DNA from: an uncultured Actinomycetota bacterium | GTDB taxonomy: Bacteria > Actinomycetota > Actinomycetes > Propionibacteriales > Nocardioidaceae | NCBI GenBank assembly: GCA_963759885.1 | Contig: CAVXBA010000001.1 | Span: forward strand, 268,323 to 332,322 | DNA length: 64,000 nucleotides | Direction: 5' to 3' | Part shown: positions 19,189 through 29,882 of the stretch, piece by piece | How positions within the stretch are numbered: position 1 is the first letter of the stretch | Layout of the letters: every line of letters begins with the position of its first letter | Position numbers and translations under genes: made by a program | Notes under the pieces: model-generated | What the model was told of the DNA's origin: nothing | What the model saw: only the letters and a program-made list of their open reading frames with translations | Databases searched by the model: none

Positions 19189-21729
19189 ATGTCTCTCGCC
19201 GCCCTTCCCCCACTCCTCTCGCAGCTCCCCACTGATCCCGACACCGGATGCGCTGTACGACGCCTTCGAGTCCTGGACCTCAGCGCAGGGCCTGACGCTC
19301 TACTCCGCGCAGACCGAGGCACTGATCGAGGTCGTGGACGGCGCCAACGTCATCCTTGCCACGCCGACGGGGTCGGGGAAGAGCCTGGTCGCGGCCGGCG
19401 CACACTTCGCCGCGCTCGCGCGAGGACAACGCAGCTACTACACCGCACCGATCAAGGCCTTGGTCTCGGAGAAGTTCTTCGCGCTCTGCGACATCTTCGG
19501 CGCCGACAACGTCGGCATGCTCACCGGCGACGCGGCCGTGAACCCGACGGCGCCGATCATCACCGCGACCGCGGAGGTGCTGGCCAACATCGCACTGCGC
19601 GAAGGATCCGATGCCGACATCGGTCTCGTGGTGATGGACGAGTTCCACTTCTACGCCGAGCCCGACCGCGGGTGGGCCTGGCAGGTGCCGCTGCTGGAGC
19701 TCACCCGGGCCCAGTTCGTGCTGATGTCGGCCACGCTCGGCGACATGACGCGGTTCCGTGACGATCTGACCCGCCGGACCGAGCGGCGTACGGCGATCGT
19801 CGCCTCGGCCGAGCGTCCGGTGCCGCTGATCTTCTCCTACGTCACCACCCCGATCCACGAGACCCTGGAGGAGCTGCTCACCACGCACCAGGCGCCCGTG
19901 TACGTCGTGCACTTCACCCAGGCCGAGGCGATCGAGCGGGCGCAGGCGCTGTCGAGCCTCAAGGTCGCGACTCGTGAGGAGCGCGACCAGATCGCCGCCC
20001 TGATCGGCGAGTTCCGCTTCACTGCGGGCTTCGGGCAGGACGCTGAGCCGGCTGATCCGGATGGGGATCGGGGTGCATCACGCCGGGATGCTCCCGCGGT
20101 ACCGCCGGCTGGTCGAGACGCTGGCGCAGGCAGGGCTGCTCAAGGTGATCTGCGGGACCGACACGCTCGGCGTCGGCATCAACGTCCCGATCCGCACCGT
20201 GGTGCTCACGGGCCTGGCGAAGTACGACGGCGTCCGGGTGCGGCACCTGCGGGCCCGGGAGTTCCACCAGATCGCCGGCCGGGCTGGACGGGCGGGCTAC
20301 GACACGGTGGGCACCGTCGTCGTGCAGGCTCCCGAGCACGAGGTCGAGAACGCGCGGCTGGTGCGCAAGGCCGGCGACGACCCCAAGAAGCTGAAGCGGG
20401 TCCAACGCAAGAAGCCGCCGGAGGGATTCGTCAGCTGGGGTGAGAAGACGTTCGAGCGACTCGTGGCGGCCGAGCCCGAGCCCCTGACGTCGAGCTTCGC
20501 CGTCACCCACTCGATGCTGCTCAACGTCATCGCCCGTCCGGGCGATCCGTTCGCCGCGATGCGTCGTCTGCTCACCGACAACCACGAGGACGAGACGGCC
20601 CAGCGCCGCCACGTCCGCCACGCCCTGGCGATCGGCCGATCGCTGTTGGCGGGTGACGTCGTCGAGCGGTCTGCCCGAGCCAGACCCTGACGGACGTGGT
20701 GTACGGCTCACGGTTGACCTGCAGGCGAACTTCGCGCTGGACCAGCCGTTGTCGGCGTTCGCGGTCGCCACCTTGGGCCTGCTCGACGCCGACTCACCGA
20801 CGTACGCGCTCGACGTCGTCTCGGTGATGGAGTCCACTCTGGAGGACCCCCGGCAGGTGCTGGCGGCCCAGCTCAACAAGGCCCGCGGTGAGGCCGTGGC
20901 AGCGATGAAGTCCGAGGGGATCGAGTACGACGAGCGGATGGAGCTGCTCGACGACGTGACTCACCCGAAGCCGCTCGCCGAGCTGTTGGAGGCGGCGTAC
21001 GAGACCTACCGCACCGGCCATCCCTGGGTCGCCGACCACCAGCTGCGCCCGAAGTCGGTGGTGCGCGACATGTACGAACGCGCGATGACCTTCGTCGAGT
21101 ACGTCGGCTTCTACCGCCTGGCGCGGTCCGAGGGACTGCTGCTGCGCTACCTCACCGACGCGTACCGGACGCTGCGGCACACGGTGCCCGCATCGGCGCG
21201 CAACGACGAGCTCGACGACTTCATCGAGTGGCTCGGTGAGATGACCCGCCAGGTCGACTCCTCCCTGCTCGACGAGTGGGAGAAGCTGGCGGCCGGTGAG
21301 GACGTGGACCTGACCGCTGCGGCACGACCTTCGCTCGACGCCGAGGTCAGGCCGGTGACCGGCAACCCACGCGCGTTCCGCGTCCTGGTGCGCAACGCGA
21401 TGTTCCGCCGGGTCGAGCTGGCCGCCCGCAGGGACTGGGCAGAGCTGGGCGAGCTCGACGAGGACGCCGGGTGGGATGCAGCTGCTTGGCAGGACACCAT
21501 GACGGCGTACTGGGAGGAGCACACCGTGCTGCTGACCGACGCCGACGCCCGTGGACCCGGGCTGCTGATCATCGACGACACGACCGAACCGGGCGTCTGG
21601 CACGTGCGGCAGATCCTGCACGATCCCGAAGGCTTCCACGACTGGGCGCTGCTGGCGTCGGTGGACCTGGCGGCCTCTGACGAGGCCGGCTACGCCGTCG
21701 TCCACCTCGACGACATCACCTCAGGCTGA
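19189..21729 (+). pseudogene. Superfamily-2 DEAD/DEAH-box helicase (Ski2-like, with a long C-terminal domain); three +1 insertions as sequenced
   Basis: Pieces come from track ORFs 19189.., 18620..20443, 20061..20690 and 20653..21729. Motifs: ATPTGSGKS (Walker A), VVMDEFHFY (motif II), LMSATLG, GIGVHHAGMLP and ICGTDTLGVGINVP. Frame changes at ~19238-19248, ~20034-20040 and ~20666-20673. Confidence 0.85.
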
Positions 21730-21753
21730 CGCGGCGCGTGATCGGCCGGTTCC

Positions 21754-22356
21754 TCAGCCGTCGGTTGGCGGCGCGTCAGGGCTGAGCGCGGCCCAGGTCC
21801 GCCCGATGTCACGAAGCATCCGCGGGTACACGAACAGATACCGAAACGGCCTGATCGCGGCCATGTACGCAGTTCCCAGGAGACCGTTGCGCTTCACGTA
21901 CACAGCCATCTGGCCGTGGTAGCACCCGTCCTGTCCCACCAACCAGCCGAGGTGCAGCACGCCGTGCACCGTCTGGTTGGCGATCTCGGCCGCGAACTCC
22001 CGGTCGGTCAGGTAGACCGGCCGGAACGGGAGCCCTTCGAAGCTCGGCCCGGACGGCCCTTCCCGGAGGTCGGCGGGGAGCCGATCGCGGAGGGTCGGCA
22101 CTCTCGCATCCACCCCGCCTTCGGCGTCGTCCCACCCGAGCAGGCCACCCAGCTTCCACCGGATCGCGAAAAGGCTGCGGACCGTTCGGGAGGTGCTCCT
22201 CCGAGGGTCCATGGACGCCGCCCCCTGCACCAGCAGGGGGAAATCATCGGGACCACCCGGGGTCGGCAGCGCCCATACGTCCTCGAGCCGGAAGTCGCGG
22301 GTCAGCTCGTGGATCCGCCACGGCTGGGAGGTGTGCGCTGTGTTGGGAAGCTTCAT
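21754..22356 (-). CDS. DUF2867-like protein
   Basis: Track ORF, 200 aa. The N-terminal PWRIHELTRDFRLEDVWALP pattern is one I recall from DUF2867 proteins; this assignment is from memory. Confidence 0.5.
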   Translation of the reverse strand: MKLPNTAHTSQPWRIHELTRDFRLEDVWALPTPGGPDDFPLLVQGAASMDPRRSTSRTVRSLFAIRWKLGGLLGWDDAEGGVDARVPTLRDRLPADLREGPSGPSFEGLPFRPVYLTDREFAAEIANQTVHGVLHLGWLVGQDGCYHGQMAVYVKRNGLLGTAYMAAIRPFRYLFVYPRMLRDIGRTWAALSPDAPPTDG

Positions 22357-22360
22357 GTCC

Positions 22361-23062
22361 TCACCCCAGACCGAGATAGCTCTCCTGGACCCGCTCGTCC
22401 GACAACAACTCGTCCGCCGACCCGGACAGCACGACCCGACCAGTCTCCAGGACGTAGGCGCGCTCCGTCACGCGGAGGGCGGCATCGACGTCCTGCTCGA
22501 CCAGCAGCACCGACGTGCCGGACGCCGCGATCTCCGGTAGCCGTTCGATGATCTCGTCCACCACCACCGGAGCCAGCCCCAAGGACAGCTCGTCGATCAT
22601 GATCAGGTCCGGCCTTCCCATCAGGCCGCGGGCGATGGCGCACATCTGCTGCTCACCTCCCGACATGCTGCCCGCTACCTGACTGAGTCGGGACTTCAGC
22701 CCGGGGAACATCTCCAGGACCGGGGCCAGGTCGACGTTCTTGTTGCGCCAGCCCCCCAGCCGCAGGTTGTCGCGCACGGTGAGCCCCGGAAACAGCCGTC
22801 GGCCCTCCGGCACGTGAGAGATGCCGCGGTCCACGATCTCCTCGATGGACCGGTTGCCGAGATCCTCGCCGCGGAACCGCACGCTCCCGGACTGGGCCGG
22901 CACGATCCCGGAGATCGCCCGCAGCAGCGTCGACTTCCCGGCGCCGTTCGGTCCGACCAGGGCGACCAGCTCACGCTCACCGACCCGGAGCTCCACATCC
23001 CAGAGAGCCTCGACACGGCCGTACGCCACGGTCAGCCCGGTGACCTCCAGCAGCTCAGCCAT
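22361..23062 (-). CDS. livF: Branched-chain amino-acid ABC transporter ATP-binding protein
   Basis: MAELLEVTGLTVAYGRVEALWDV..GPNGAGKSTLLRAISG..LSGGEQQMCAIARGL..IMIDELSLGLAP. ATG 23062 lies inside track ORF 22361..23167. Confidence 0.9.
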   Translation of the reverse strand: MAELLEVTGLTVAYGRVEALWDVELRVGERELVALVGPNGAGKSTLLRAISGIVPAQSGSVRFRGEDLGNRSIEEIVDRGISHVPEGRRLFPGLTVRDNLRLGGWRNKNVDLAPVLEMFPGLKSRLSQVAGSMSGGEQQMCAIARGLMGRPDLIMIDELSLGLAPVVVDEIIERLPEIAASGTSVLLVEQDVDAALRVTERAYVLETGRVVLSGSADELLSDERVQESYLGLG

Positions 23063-23823
23063 GACGCTGGCTCTCGCGACGCTCGGCATACCGTTTGCCG
23101 AGGTAGGCCTCGATGACCCGAGGGTCGGACAGCACGTCGTCGGGGTCCCCAGACGTGAGTACGCCACCTTGGTGCATGACGAGGATCCGGTCGCTCACCT
23201 CACGGATCGCCTTCATCACGTGCTCGACCACGATGATCGTCAGGCCCTGGTCGCGCAGCCGCCGCAACAGCTCGGAGGCTGGGCTCGATCTCGTTGTAGC
23301 GCAGCCCGGCCATCACCTCGTCGAGGAGGAGCAGCTCGGGGTCGAGCGACAGCGCCTTCGCGCAGCTCCAGCCGCCGGGCGTCGGCGGTGGACAGCTCGG
23401 CGGGAGCCCGGTCGCCGCTGGCGGTGAGTCCGACGTCGTCGATGACCTCGTCGGCCCGGGTCAGGGCCTGAGCCATCGTGGTCGCCCGGTGCGGGCCGTA
23501 CAGCACTCCGACCGCGACGTTCTCCCGCACGGTCATGCCGCGGAACGGCTTCACGATCTGGAACGTCCGCGCCACCCGGGCCTTCGCGATCCTCCACGGC
23601 TTGGCACCGGTGACGTCGACGCCGTTCACGAGCACGGTGCCGGTCGAGGGCCGGACGTGTCCGGTGACGAGATTGATGAAGGTGCTCTTGCCGGCTCCGT
23701 TGGGCCCGATGACGCCCGAGGATCTCTCCGCGCGGGAACGCTGAAGGACACGTCGGAGACGGCCTCCAGCCCTCCGAACCTGCGTCCGAGCCCGCGCGTC
23801 TCCAGCACCGGTGGACCGTTCAC
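23055..23823 (-). pseudogene. livG: Branched-chain amino-acid ABC transporter ATP-binding protein, about four +1 insertions as sequenced
   Basis: Fragments are spread over three frames: MNGPPVLETRGLGRRFGGLEAVSDVSFSVPA | GVIGPNGAGKSTFINLVTGHVRP...ELSTADARRLEL | (AKALSLDPELLLLDEVMAGL) | LLRRLRDQGLTIIVVEHVMKAI..VIEAYLG. Frame changes near 23715-23735 (two), 23358-23366 and 23271-23278. Confidence 0.85.
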
Positions 23824-24857
23824 AGACGGAACCTCCGTACGTTCGCCAGCAGCGAGTAGTCGCCGCTGCGCCGTGCCTCACGCACGTAGTTGACCAGGCC
23901 TTGGGGCAGGAAGACGACGGCCACGATGATGATCGCTCCGAGGATGAACGTGTGGGCGTTCGTGTAGTTGTGCCTGAGGTACTCCGACAGGTACTGCAAC
24001 CCCACCGCCCCGAGCAGCGGCCCGAGCACGGTGCCGCTGCCGCCGATGACCACCATCACCACCATGAGCACCGTGATCTCGACGTCGAAGAGCCGGTCGG
24101 GGAAGATCACCACCTGCTGGAAGGCGTAGCTGGCTCCGACCAGACCCGTCAGGAGACCTGACACGGCGAACGCGAGCACCTTGGCTCGGGTCGTGTTGAT
24201 GCCCATCGCCCCGGCGGCGTCCTCGTCCTGGTGGATGGCCCGCAGAGCGAACCCGAACCGGCTGCGCGAGATCACCAGCGCTGTCGCCACCGCGAGTCCC
24301 GCGATGGCCAGGAACAGCAGGTAGAAGCCATCGTTGCCGAGGTACGCCGTCGTCGCGTCCTCGCCGACGGTGGGCACCGTGATGCCGGCGCCACCACCGG
24401 TGAGGTCGGGCAGGTTGGTGACCACCTCGCGCATTCCTTCCGCCACGCCCAGCGTGGCGATCGCGAAGTAGTGACCCTTGAGCCGCAGCAGGGGGAGCCC
24501 GATGACCGCACCGAAGACAGCGGCGCCGATGCCACTGAGCGCCAACGCGAGCCAGAAGCTGACCTGCAGGTGCACCATCAGCACGGCGGTGGTGTAGCCA
24601 CCGATGCCGAAGAAGACGACCTGCCCGAAGCAGGCGTAGCCGGTGAATCCTCCGATGATGTTCCAGGCCTGGGCCAACGCCACGAACATCAAGATGGTGG
24701 TGACCGTGCGTTCCTGGCCGATGTAGAGCTGGCTCTGCAGCCCAAGCATCGCCACCAGCAGCAGGACCAGGGCACCCCATGGCAGCAGGCGCTGCCAGGT
24801 CTGCTCCCGCGCGCGCGGCGCGCGGTCGACGCTCGGGGCCTCCTTGACGTCGCTCAT
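23820..24857 (-). CDS. livM: Branched-chain amino-acid ABC transporter permease
   Basis: ATG 24857 (MSDVKEAPSV) lies inside track ORF 23820..24986. Multi-TM protein, with IGGFTGYACFGQVVFFGIGGYT and RLKGHYFAIATLGVAE typical of LivM. Confidence 0.88.
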   Translation of the reverse strand: MSDVKEAPSVDRAPRAREQTWQRLLPWGALVLLLVAMLGLQSQLYIGQERTVTTILMFVALAQAWNIIGGFTGYACFGQVVFFGIGGYTTAVLMVHLQVSFWLALALSGIGAAVFGAVIGLPLLRLKGHYFAIATLGVAEGMREVVTNLPDLTGGGAGITVPTVGEDATTAYLGNDGFYLLFLAIAGLAVATALVISRSRFGFALRAIHQDEDAAGAMGINTTRAKVLAFAVSGLLTGLVGASYAFQQVVIFPDRLFDVEITVLMVVMVVIGGSGTVLGPLLGAVGLQYLSEYLRHNYTNAHTFILGAIIIVAVVFLPQGLVNYVREARRSGDYSLLANVRRFRL

Positions 24858-25742
24858 CACACCTCCACCCGCGCTGCGTAGTAGGCACGTCCGACCAGAC
24901 CGGACGGCCGGACCGTGAGCACCACGACGAGGACCAGGAACGCCATCGCGTTCATCCAGGTACCGGACAGGTACAGGCCGGCCCACGACTCCACCAACCC
25001 GATCAGCAGGCCCCCGAGCAGGGCGCCGTACATGTTGCCGAGACCACCGAGGACGGCGATCACGAACGACAGCAGGGTGAAGCCACCCGCGGCCGCGGGG
25101 TTGAACGTGCCGATCGTGCCCACCATGGTCCCGGCGATCGCGGCGAGGGCGGCCGAGAGGCCGAACGTCAGTGCGTACACGTGGCGGGCGCGGATGCCCA
25201 TCAGCCGGGCGGCGCCGCGGTCCATGCCGGTCGCGATGATCGCCAGACCTGTGCGCGTGCGGTTGACCACGGCGACCAGCGCCACCGTGATCAGCACGGC
25301 GATGCCGAACGCCAGCAACCTCCCGAGCGGCACCCGCACGTCACCGAGGCTGATGCTGTTGCTCGCGTAGTCGGTCTGGATGCTCCGGTAGTTCGCGGAG
25401 AACACGATGTTCATGCCCTGCACGAAGAGCAGCGACAAACCGAACGTGAGCAGCAGCGTGATGAAGATCGGAGCGTTGACGACCAGGTTGATCAGCCAGC
25501 GCTGGAGGACGTAGCCGACCACGAACAGCACGCGCGGCAGCGACGAACATGCCCAGGAGCGGGTCGAGGCCGGCGTGGGCGTGCAGCTCCCATCCGATGT
25601 AGGCGCCCAGGATCACGAAGGAGCCGTGCGCGAGGTTGACGACGTTCATCACCCCCCACACGAGGGAGAAGCCGACCGCGACCAGCGCCAACAAACCTCC
25701 CTGGAGGAGGCCGTAGACCGTGGCTTGGAGGAAGGCCGTCAC
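24857..25742 (-). pseudogene. livH: Branched-chain amino-acid ABC transporter permease, +1 insertion near 25531-25545
   Basis: The N-terminal part VTAFLQATVYGLLQGGLLALVAVGFSLVWGVMNVVNLAHGSF starts at GTG 25742, with a GTGA overlap onto the SBP stop. The C-terminal part is track ORF 24857..25531 in the next frame. Confidence 0.85.
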
Positions 25743-26965
25743 GAGCCCGCCGCTGGCCACACGAACTCGGCCTCTGCCGCGTCCTTGGGCCAGACGGTCT
25801 TCACCGTGCCGTCCTGGACCTGGATGACCGACATCGGCTTGTAGACGTTCTGCCCCTTGTCGTTGAACTTGATGGTCCCGAAGAACGACTCGGTATCGAG
25901 AGCCGCCAGGCTGTCGCGCACCTCGTCAGGGTCAGTGGACCCGGCGTCCTCGACGGCCAGCACCATCGCCAGGCACGCGGCGCTGGCTTCGGCGTCGTGG
26001 TAGTCCGCTGGGTGCCCGTACGCCTTCTCGATGTCTGCGGCATAGTCCTTGGCCGTGCCGAAGTACTGGTCCTGGCCCGACGTCGTCTCGGTCCACTGGC
26101 TCGACCCGAGGACGCCGTCCGCCAGCCCGCCGAGGGTCTTGGCGAAGTCGGGGGTGGGCGGTGCGACGGTCTCGCCGAACCCCATCGGCTTGAGCCCGAG
26201 CTCGTGCGACTGCTTGACGATGGCCACGCCTTCTTCGAGGTGCACCGTGCCGATCACCACGTCCGGGTGGTCGGACTGGACATGGGTGATGGCCGAGCTC
26301 ACGTCGGTGCTGCCCTCGGCGAAGTACTGCACCGGGATGACCTGGTAGCCGAGCTTCTTCGCCTCGTCCATGCCGCCCTGAGCGCCGGTCTTGGAGAAGC
26401 CGTCGTCGGCGGACATGAAGGCGATCGACTTGGGCTGAGGAGTCGCGAGCTCGTTGATGGCCTTGATGATCGAGGCGGCGTACTCGGTCGCCGGCGAGAG
26501 CACCGCGAAAGTGCGCTGGTAGCCCTGCTGGAAGATCGCGTCGTCGGCGCCGGCGGAGTCCGCCATCACCTGACCGTTGCGCTCGATCACGGCTGCCTGG
26601 GCCTGCGTGTTCGCCGACCCGTACGAGCTGAGGATCAGCTTGACGCCCTGGTCGTTGAACTGGTCCACGAGCTGGGCGGCGACGTCGGGTTCAGACGTGT
26701 CGTCCTGGAACTTGATGTCGAGCTGGAGCTTCTTCCCGCCGACGTCAACACCTCCCGCGGCGTTCACCTTCTGCTGGCAGAGCTGGTAGCCCTCCTTGGT
26801 GAGCTGGCCCTCCCGAGCCAGCGAGCCGGTCAGGGACATCGCCGCGCCGATGGTCAGCGTGCCGGACTCGGTGTCGTCTCCGGACGACCCCTTCGAGCCA
26901 CAGCCGGCGGTGAGCAGGGCCGCAGCCGTCACGGCTGCCAGGACTGGTTGTGCCTTTGACCTCAT
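25739..26965 (-). CDS. Branched-chain amino-acid ABC transporter substrate-binding lipoprotein
   Basis: ATG 26965 gives MRSKAQPVLAAVTAAALLTAGCGS, with a lipobox. The rest is LivJ/K-type (type I periplasmic binding fold). First gene of the liv operon. Confidence 0.88.
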   Translation of the reverse strand: MRSKAQPVLAAVTAAALLTAGCGSKGSSGDDTESGTLTIGAAMSLTGSLAREGQLTKEGYQLCQQKVNAAGGVDVGGKKLQLDIKFQDDTSEPDVAAQLVDQFNDQGVKLILSSYGSANTQAQAAVIERNGQVMADSAGADDAIFQQGYQRTFAVLSPATEYAASIIKAINELATPQPKSIAFMSADDGFSKTGAQGGMDEAKKLGYQVIPVQYFAEGSTDVSSAITHVQSDHPDVVIGTVHLEEGVAIVKQSHELGLKPMGFGETVAPPTPDFAKTLGGLADGVLGSSQWTETTSGQDQYFGTAKDYAADIEKAYGHPADYHDAEASAACLAMVLAVEDAGSTDPDEVRDSLAALDTESFFGTIKFNDKGQNVYKPMSVIQVQDGTVKTVWPKDAAEAEFVWPAAGS

Positions 26966-27098
26966 CGGGTCACCTCTCGGGTGCGATCCCCCCTGGGTGC
27001 GGTCCCCCCGTGATTGCGCCCCACCATAACCACATAAACACCGGTTCGCATGGCGAGCTCTCGGCACCCGGGACCGACGCGACGCCGAGCCGAGGCGC

Positions 27099-28307
27099 TC
27101 AGGCGCGGCGCGACCCAGCGGGCAGGCTGATCGCAAGACCGACCCCGCAGGCCAGCAGGACGAGCACCGTGCCGACCTCCCCCGGCCAGCCGTAGCGGGT
27201 GAAGAACAAGCCGCTGCCGTACCCGATCACGCTCGAGCCGAGGTGGTAGCCGAACAGGTACAGGGCTGAGGCACGGGCACGTTGCTCCGCCGCCCAGGCG
27301 CTGACGAACCCGCTCGCGACCGCGTGGGTCCCGAAGAAACCGAACACCATGAGCGCGGTCGCCGCCAGCACGGTCGCGAGCACGTCCAGCAGCGACAGAG
27401 CAGCCCCGGCCGCCATGATCGCCAGGCCCAGCAGCATCACGCCGCGCCGGCTCCGGCGGTCGGCGAGCCGCCCCATCCAGTTCGCGCTCACCGTCCCGAA
27501 CAGATAGAACGCGAACACCAGCGAGACCACCACCGCGCCGAGCGCGAAAGGTGGCGCCGCGAGCCGGTACTGCAGGTAGTTGTAGTACGAGACCAGGCTC
27601 CCCATGATCACGAAGCCGCACAGCGCCAGCTTGAGCACGACCGGGTCACGCAGCGGGTGCCGGATCAGCGCGATCCGGGTGCCCAGACCGCCCGGTGAGG
27701 CGACGAAGTTGCGCGATGACGGCAGCCGGGTTGCGACCCAGGTCCCACCGATCAGGCACACGATCGCGACGACGGCCATCGCCAGTCGCCACGACCCGAC
27801 ACCGGCCAGCAGTCCTCCGCCGAGTCGGCCTGCCATCCCGCCGAGTCCGGTGCCGCTGACGTACAGCCCCATCGCGGTCCCCAGTCCCGAGGGGTGGAAC
27901 TCCTCGGCGACGTACGCCATCGCGACCGCCGGGAAGCCCGCGACCGTGATCCCGGTCAGCACCCGCAGCCCGAGCAGCACCGGGAAGCTCGGGCTCGCGG
28001 CTGCGGCCAACGTGAGCACACCGGCCCCGATCAGCGAGCCGACCAGCAGGCTGCGCCGGCCCTGCCCGTCGGACCAGGAGGCCAGCACCACCACCATGAC
28101 CGCGAGCGGCAGCGTCGTCAGCGAGAGCGTCAGGCTGGCCACCGCCGGAGACACCGAGAACTCCGCACTGACCGCGGGCATCGTGCCCTGCGCGACGTAC
28201 AGCATGGCGAACGTCATGAACCCGGCCACGAACAGCACCGCGCTGGTCTGGCGGTACTCCGGACTACCCCTCTGGAGCAGCAGGCCGTGCGAGGCGGGCG
28301 ACGTCAT
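27099..28307 (-). CDS. MFS transporter
   Basis: Track ORF, 402 aa, about 12 hydrophobic helices. Its stop overlaps the start of no other gene, and it sits immediately downstream of the acyl-CoA dehydrogenase. Confidence 0.8.
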   Translation of the reverse strand: MTSPASHGLLLQRGSPEYRQTSAVLFVAGFMTFAMLYVAQGTMPAVSAEFSVSPAVASLTLSLTTLPLAVMVVVLASWSDGQGRRSLLVGSLIGAGVLTLAAAASPSFPVLLGLRVLTGITVAGFPAVAMAYVAEEFHPSGLGTAMGLYVSGTGLGGMAGRLGGGLLAGVGSWRLAMAVVAIVCLIGGTWVATRLPSSRNFVASPGGLGTRIALIRHPLRDPVVLKLALCGFVIMGSLVSYYNYLQYRLAAPPFALGAVVVSLVFAFYLFGTVSANWMGRLADRRSRRGVMLLGLAIMAAGAALSLLDVLATVLAATALMVFGFFGTHAVASGFVSAWAAEQRARASALYLFGYHLGSSVIGYGSGLFFTRYGWPGEVGTVLVLLACGVGLAISLPAGSRRA

Positions 28308-29492
28308 CGGCGCCGGGCCGCGTCGCGCTCGACGATCTGGCGGGCGATCAGGCTGCGTTGGATCTCGTTGGTGCCTTCGCCGACGATCATCAGCGGGGCG
28401 TCCCGGAAGTAGCGCTCGATGTCGAACTCCGTGGAGTAGCCGTAGCCGCCGTGGATCCGTAGGGCGTCCAGCGCCACCTGCATCCCCGTCTCTGACGCAA
28501 AGAGCTTCGCCATGCCCGCCTCCAGGTCGGCGCGTTCGCCGGCGTCGATGCGCTCGGCCGCGTCGCGCGTGAGCAACCGGGCCGCCTGGAGCTTGGTGGC
28601 CATCTCGGCGAGGTAGTTGCCGATCGACTGGTGCTGCCAGATGGGCTTGCCGAAGGTCTCGCGCTCCTGCGCGTACCGCAGCGCATCCTCGTACGCGGCT
28701 CGACCGACCCCGACCGCCCGGGCCGCGACGTTGACCCGGCCCACCTCGAGTCCTCGCATCATCTGCGCGAATCCGCGACCCTCCTCGCCCCCGAGCAGCG
28801 CCTCGGCAGGGACCCGGACGTCGTCGAGGACCACCTCGCAGCTCTCGACGCCGCGGTAGCCCAGCTTGCTCAGGTCACGCGAGACCGTATAGCCGTGGGC
28901 CGGCTCGAGCAGCAGGATGCTCATGCCGCGATGGCGGGGCTCTGCGGCAGGGTTGGTCTTGCACAGCAGGGCGACGAGTCCGGACCGCCGGGCGTTGGTG
29001 ATCCACATCTTCGAACCCGTCACGACGTACGAGTCGCCTTCTCGCCGGGCGGTCGTGCGCATGGCCTGCAGGTCCGACCCGCCACCGGCCTCGGTGAGCG
29101 CCATCGTGGCCCGGATCGACCCGTCCGCCATCGCGGGGAGGAAGCGCTGTCGCTGAGCCTCCGTGCCGAACTCCGTCAGCAGGTGCGCGACCACGGTGTG
29201 GCCGCCGATCGCCCCCGCCAGGCTCATCCAGCCCCGGGCCAGCTCCTCGGTGACCAGGGCGTAGCAGGCGGTCGAGACTGATCCTTCCCCGTAAGGGGCG
29301 CGGCACGGCGAGGCCAAAACAGCCGAGCTGCTTCATCTGCTCGATCAGCGCTTCGGGGTAGGTGTTGGCGTGCTCGAGCTCGCGCGCCACCGGGCGGACC
29401 TCGCGGTCCACGAAGTCGGCGACCACGCCGACGACGGCGCGTTCCTCGACGCTCAGTCCCACGGGTACCTCCTGCCACGGCAGTGTAGACAT
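28304..29492 (-). pseudogene. Acyl-CoA dehydrogenase, +1 insertion near 29295-29310
   Basis: The N-terminal part MSTLPWQEVPVGLSVEERAVVGVVADFVDREVRPVARELEHANTYPEALIEQMKQLGCFGLAVP starts at ATG 29492. It continues in the next frame as PYGEGSVSTACYALVTEELARGW...MWITNA...IHGGYGYSTEFDIERYFRDAPLMIVGEGTNEIQ (track ORF 28304..29317). Confidence 0.88.
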
Positions 29493-29882
29493 CGGACATT
29501 CCGTCAGCATCCGGTGTGCTCGCGGCAGGCCAGGGGTGCGCTTGACATTGCCCTCGCTGTCCGAGAGGTTCGGGCACAACAGTTGTCGCCGACTCGAGCG
29601 CGCCCCCGCTTCGAGCCGTGCCGGCTGTGGGAGAGGACGCACGCAGATGGTTGCACCCACCATCAGCGCCGACCACCTGGTCGCGTCGCTGCGTGCTGTC
29701 TGCACCTCCCCGGCATCTCGATACGGACCGGATGCCCCGCATTCACGGTCGCCCAGGTTTCGTGCTGGCCGCTTCGGCGTGCCTCGAAACCGGTGCACAT
29801 CCCGAACCGACCACTGCTCTGCCGGCTCCCTCCGGCGTCCTGCCCCACGCACCCCGAGCACCTACGTCTGAAGGAGACAGGC

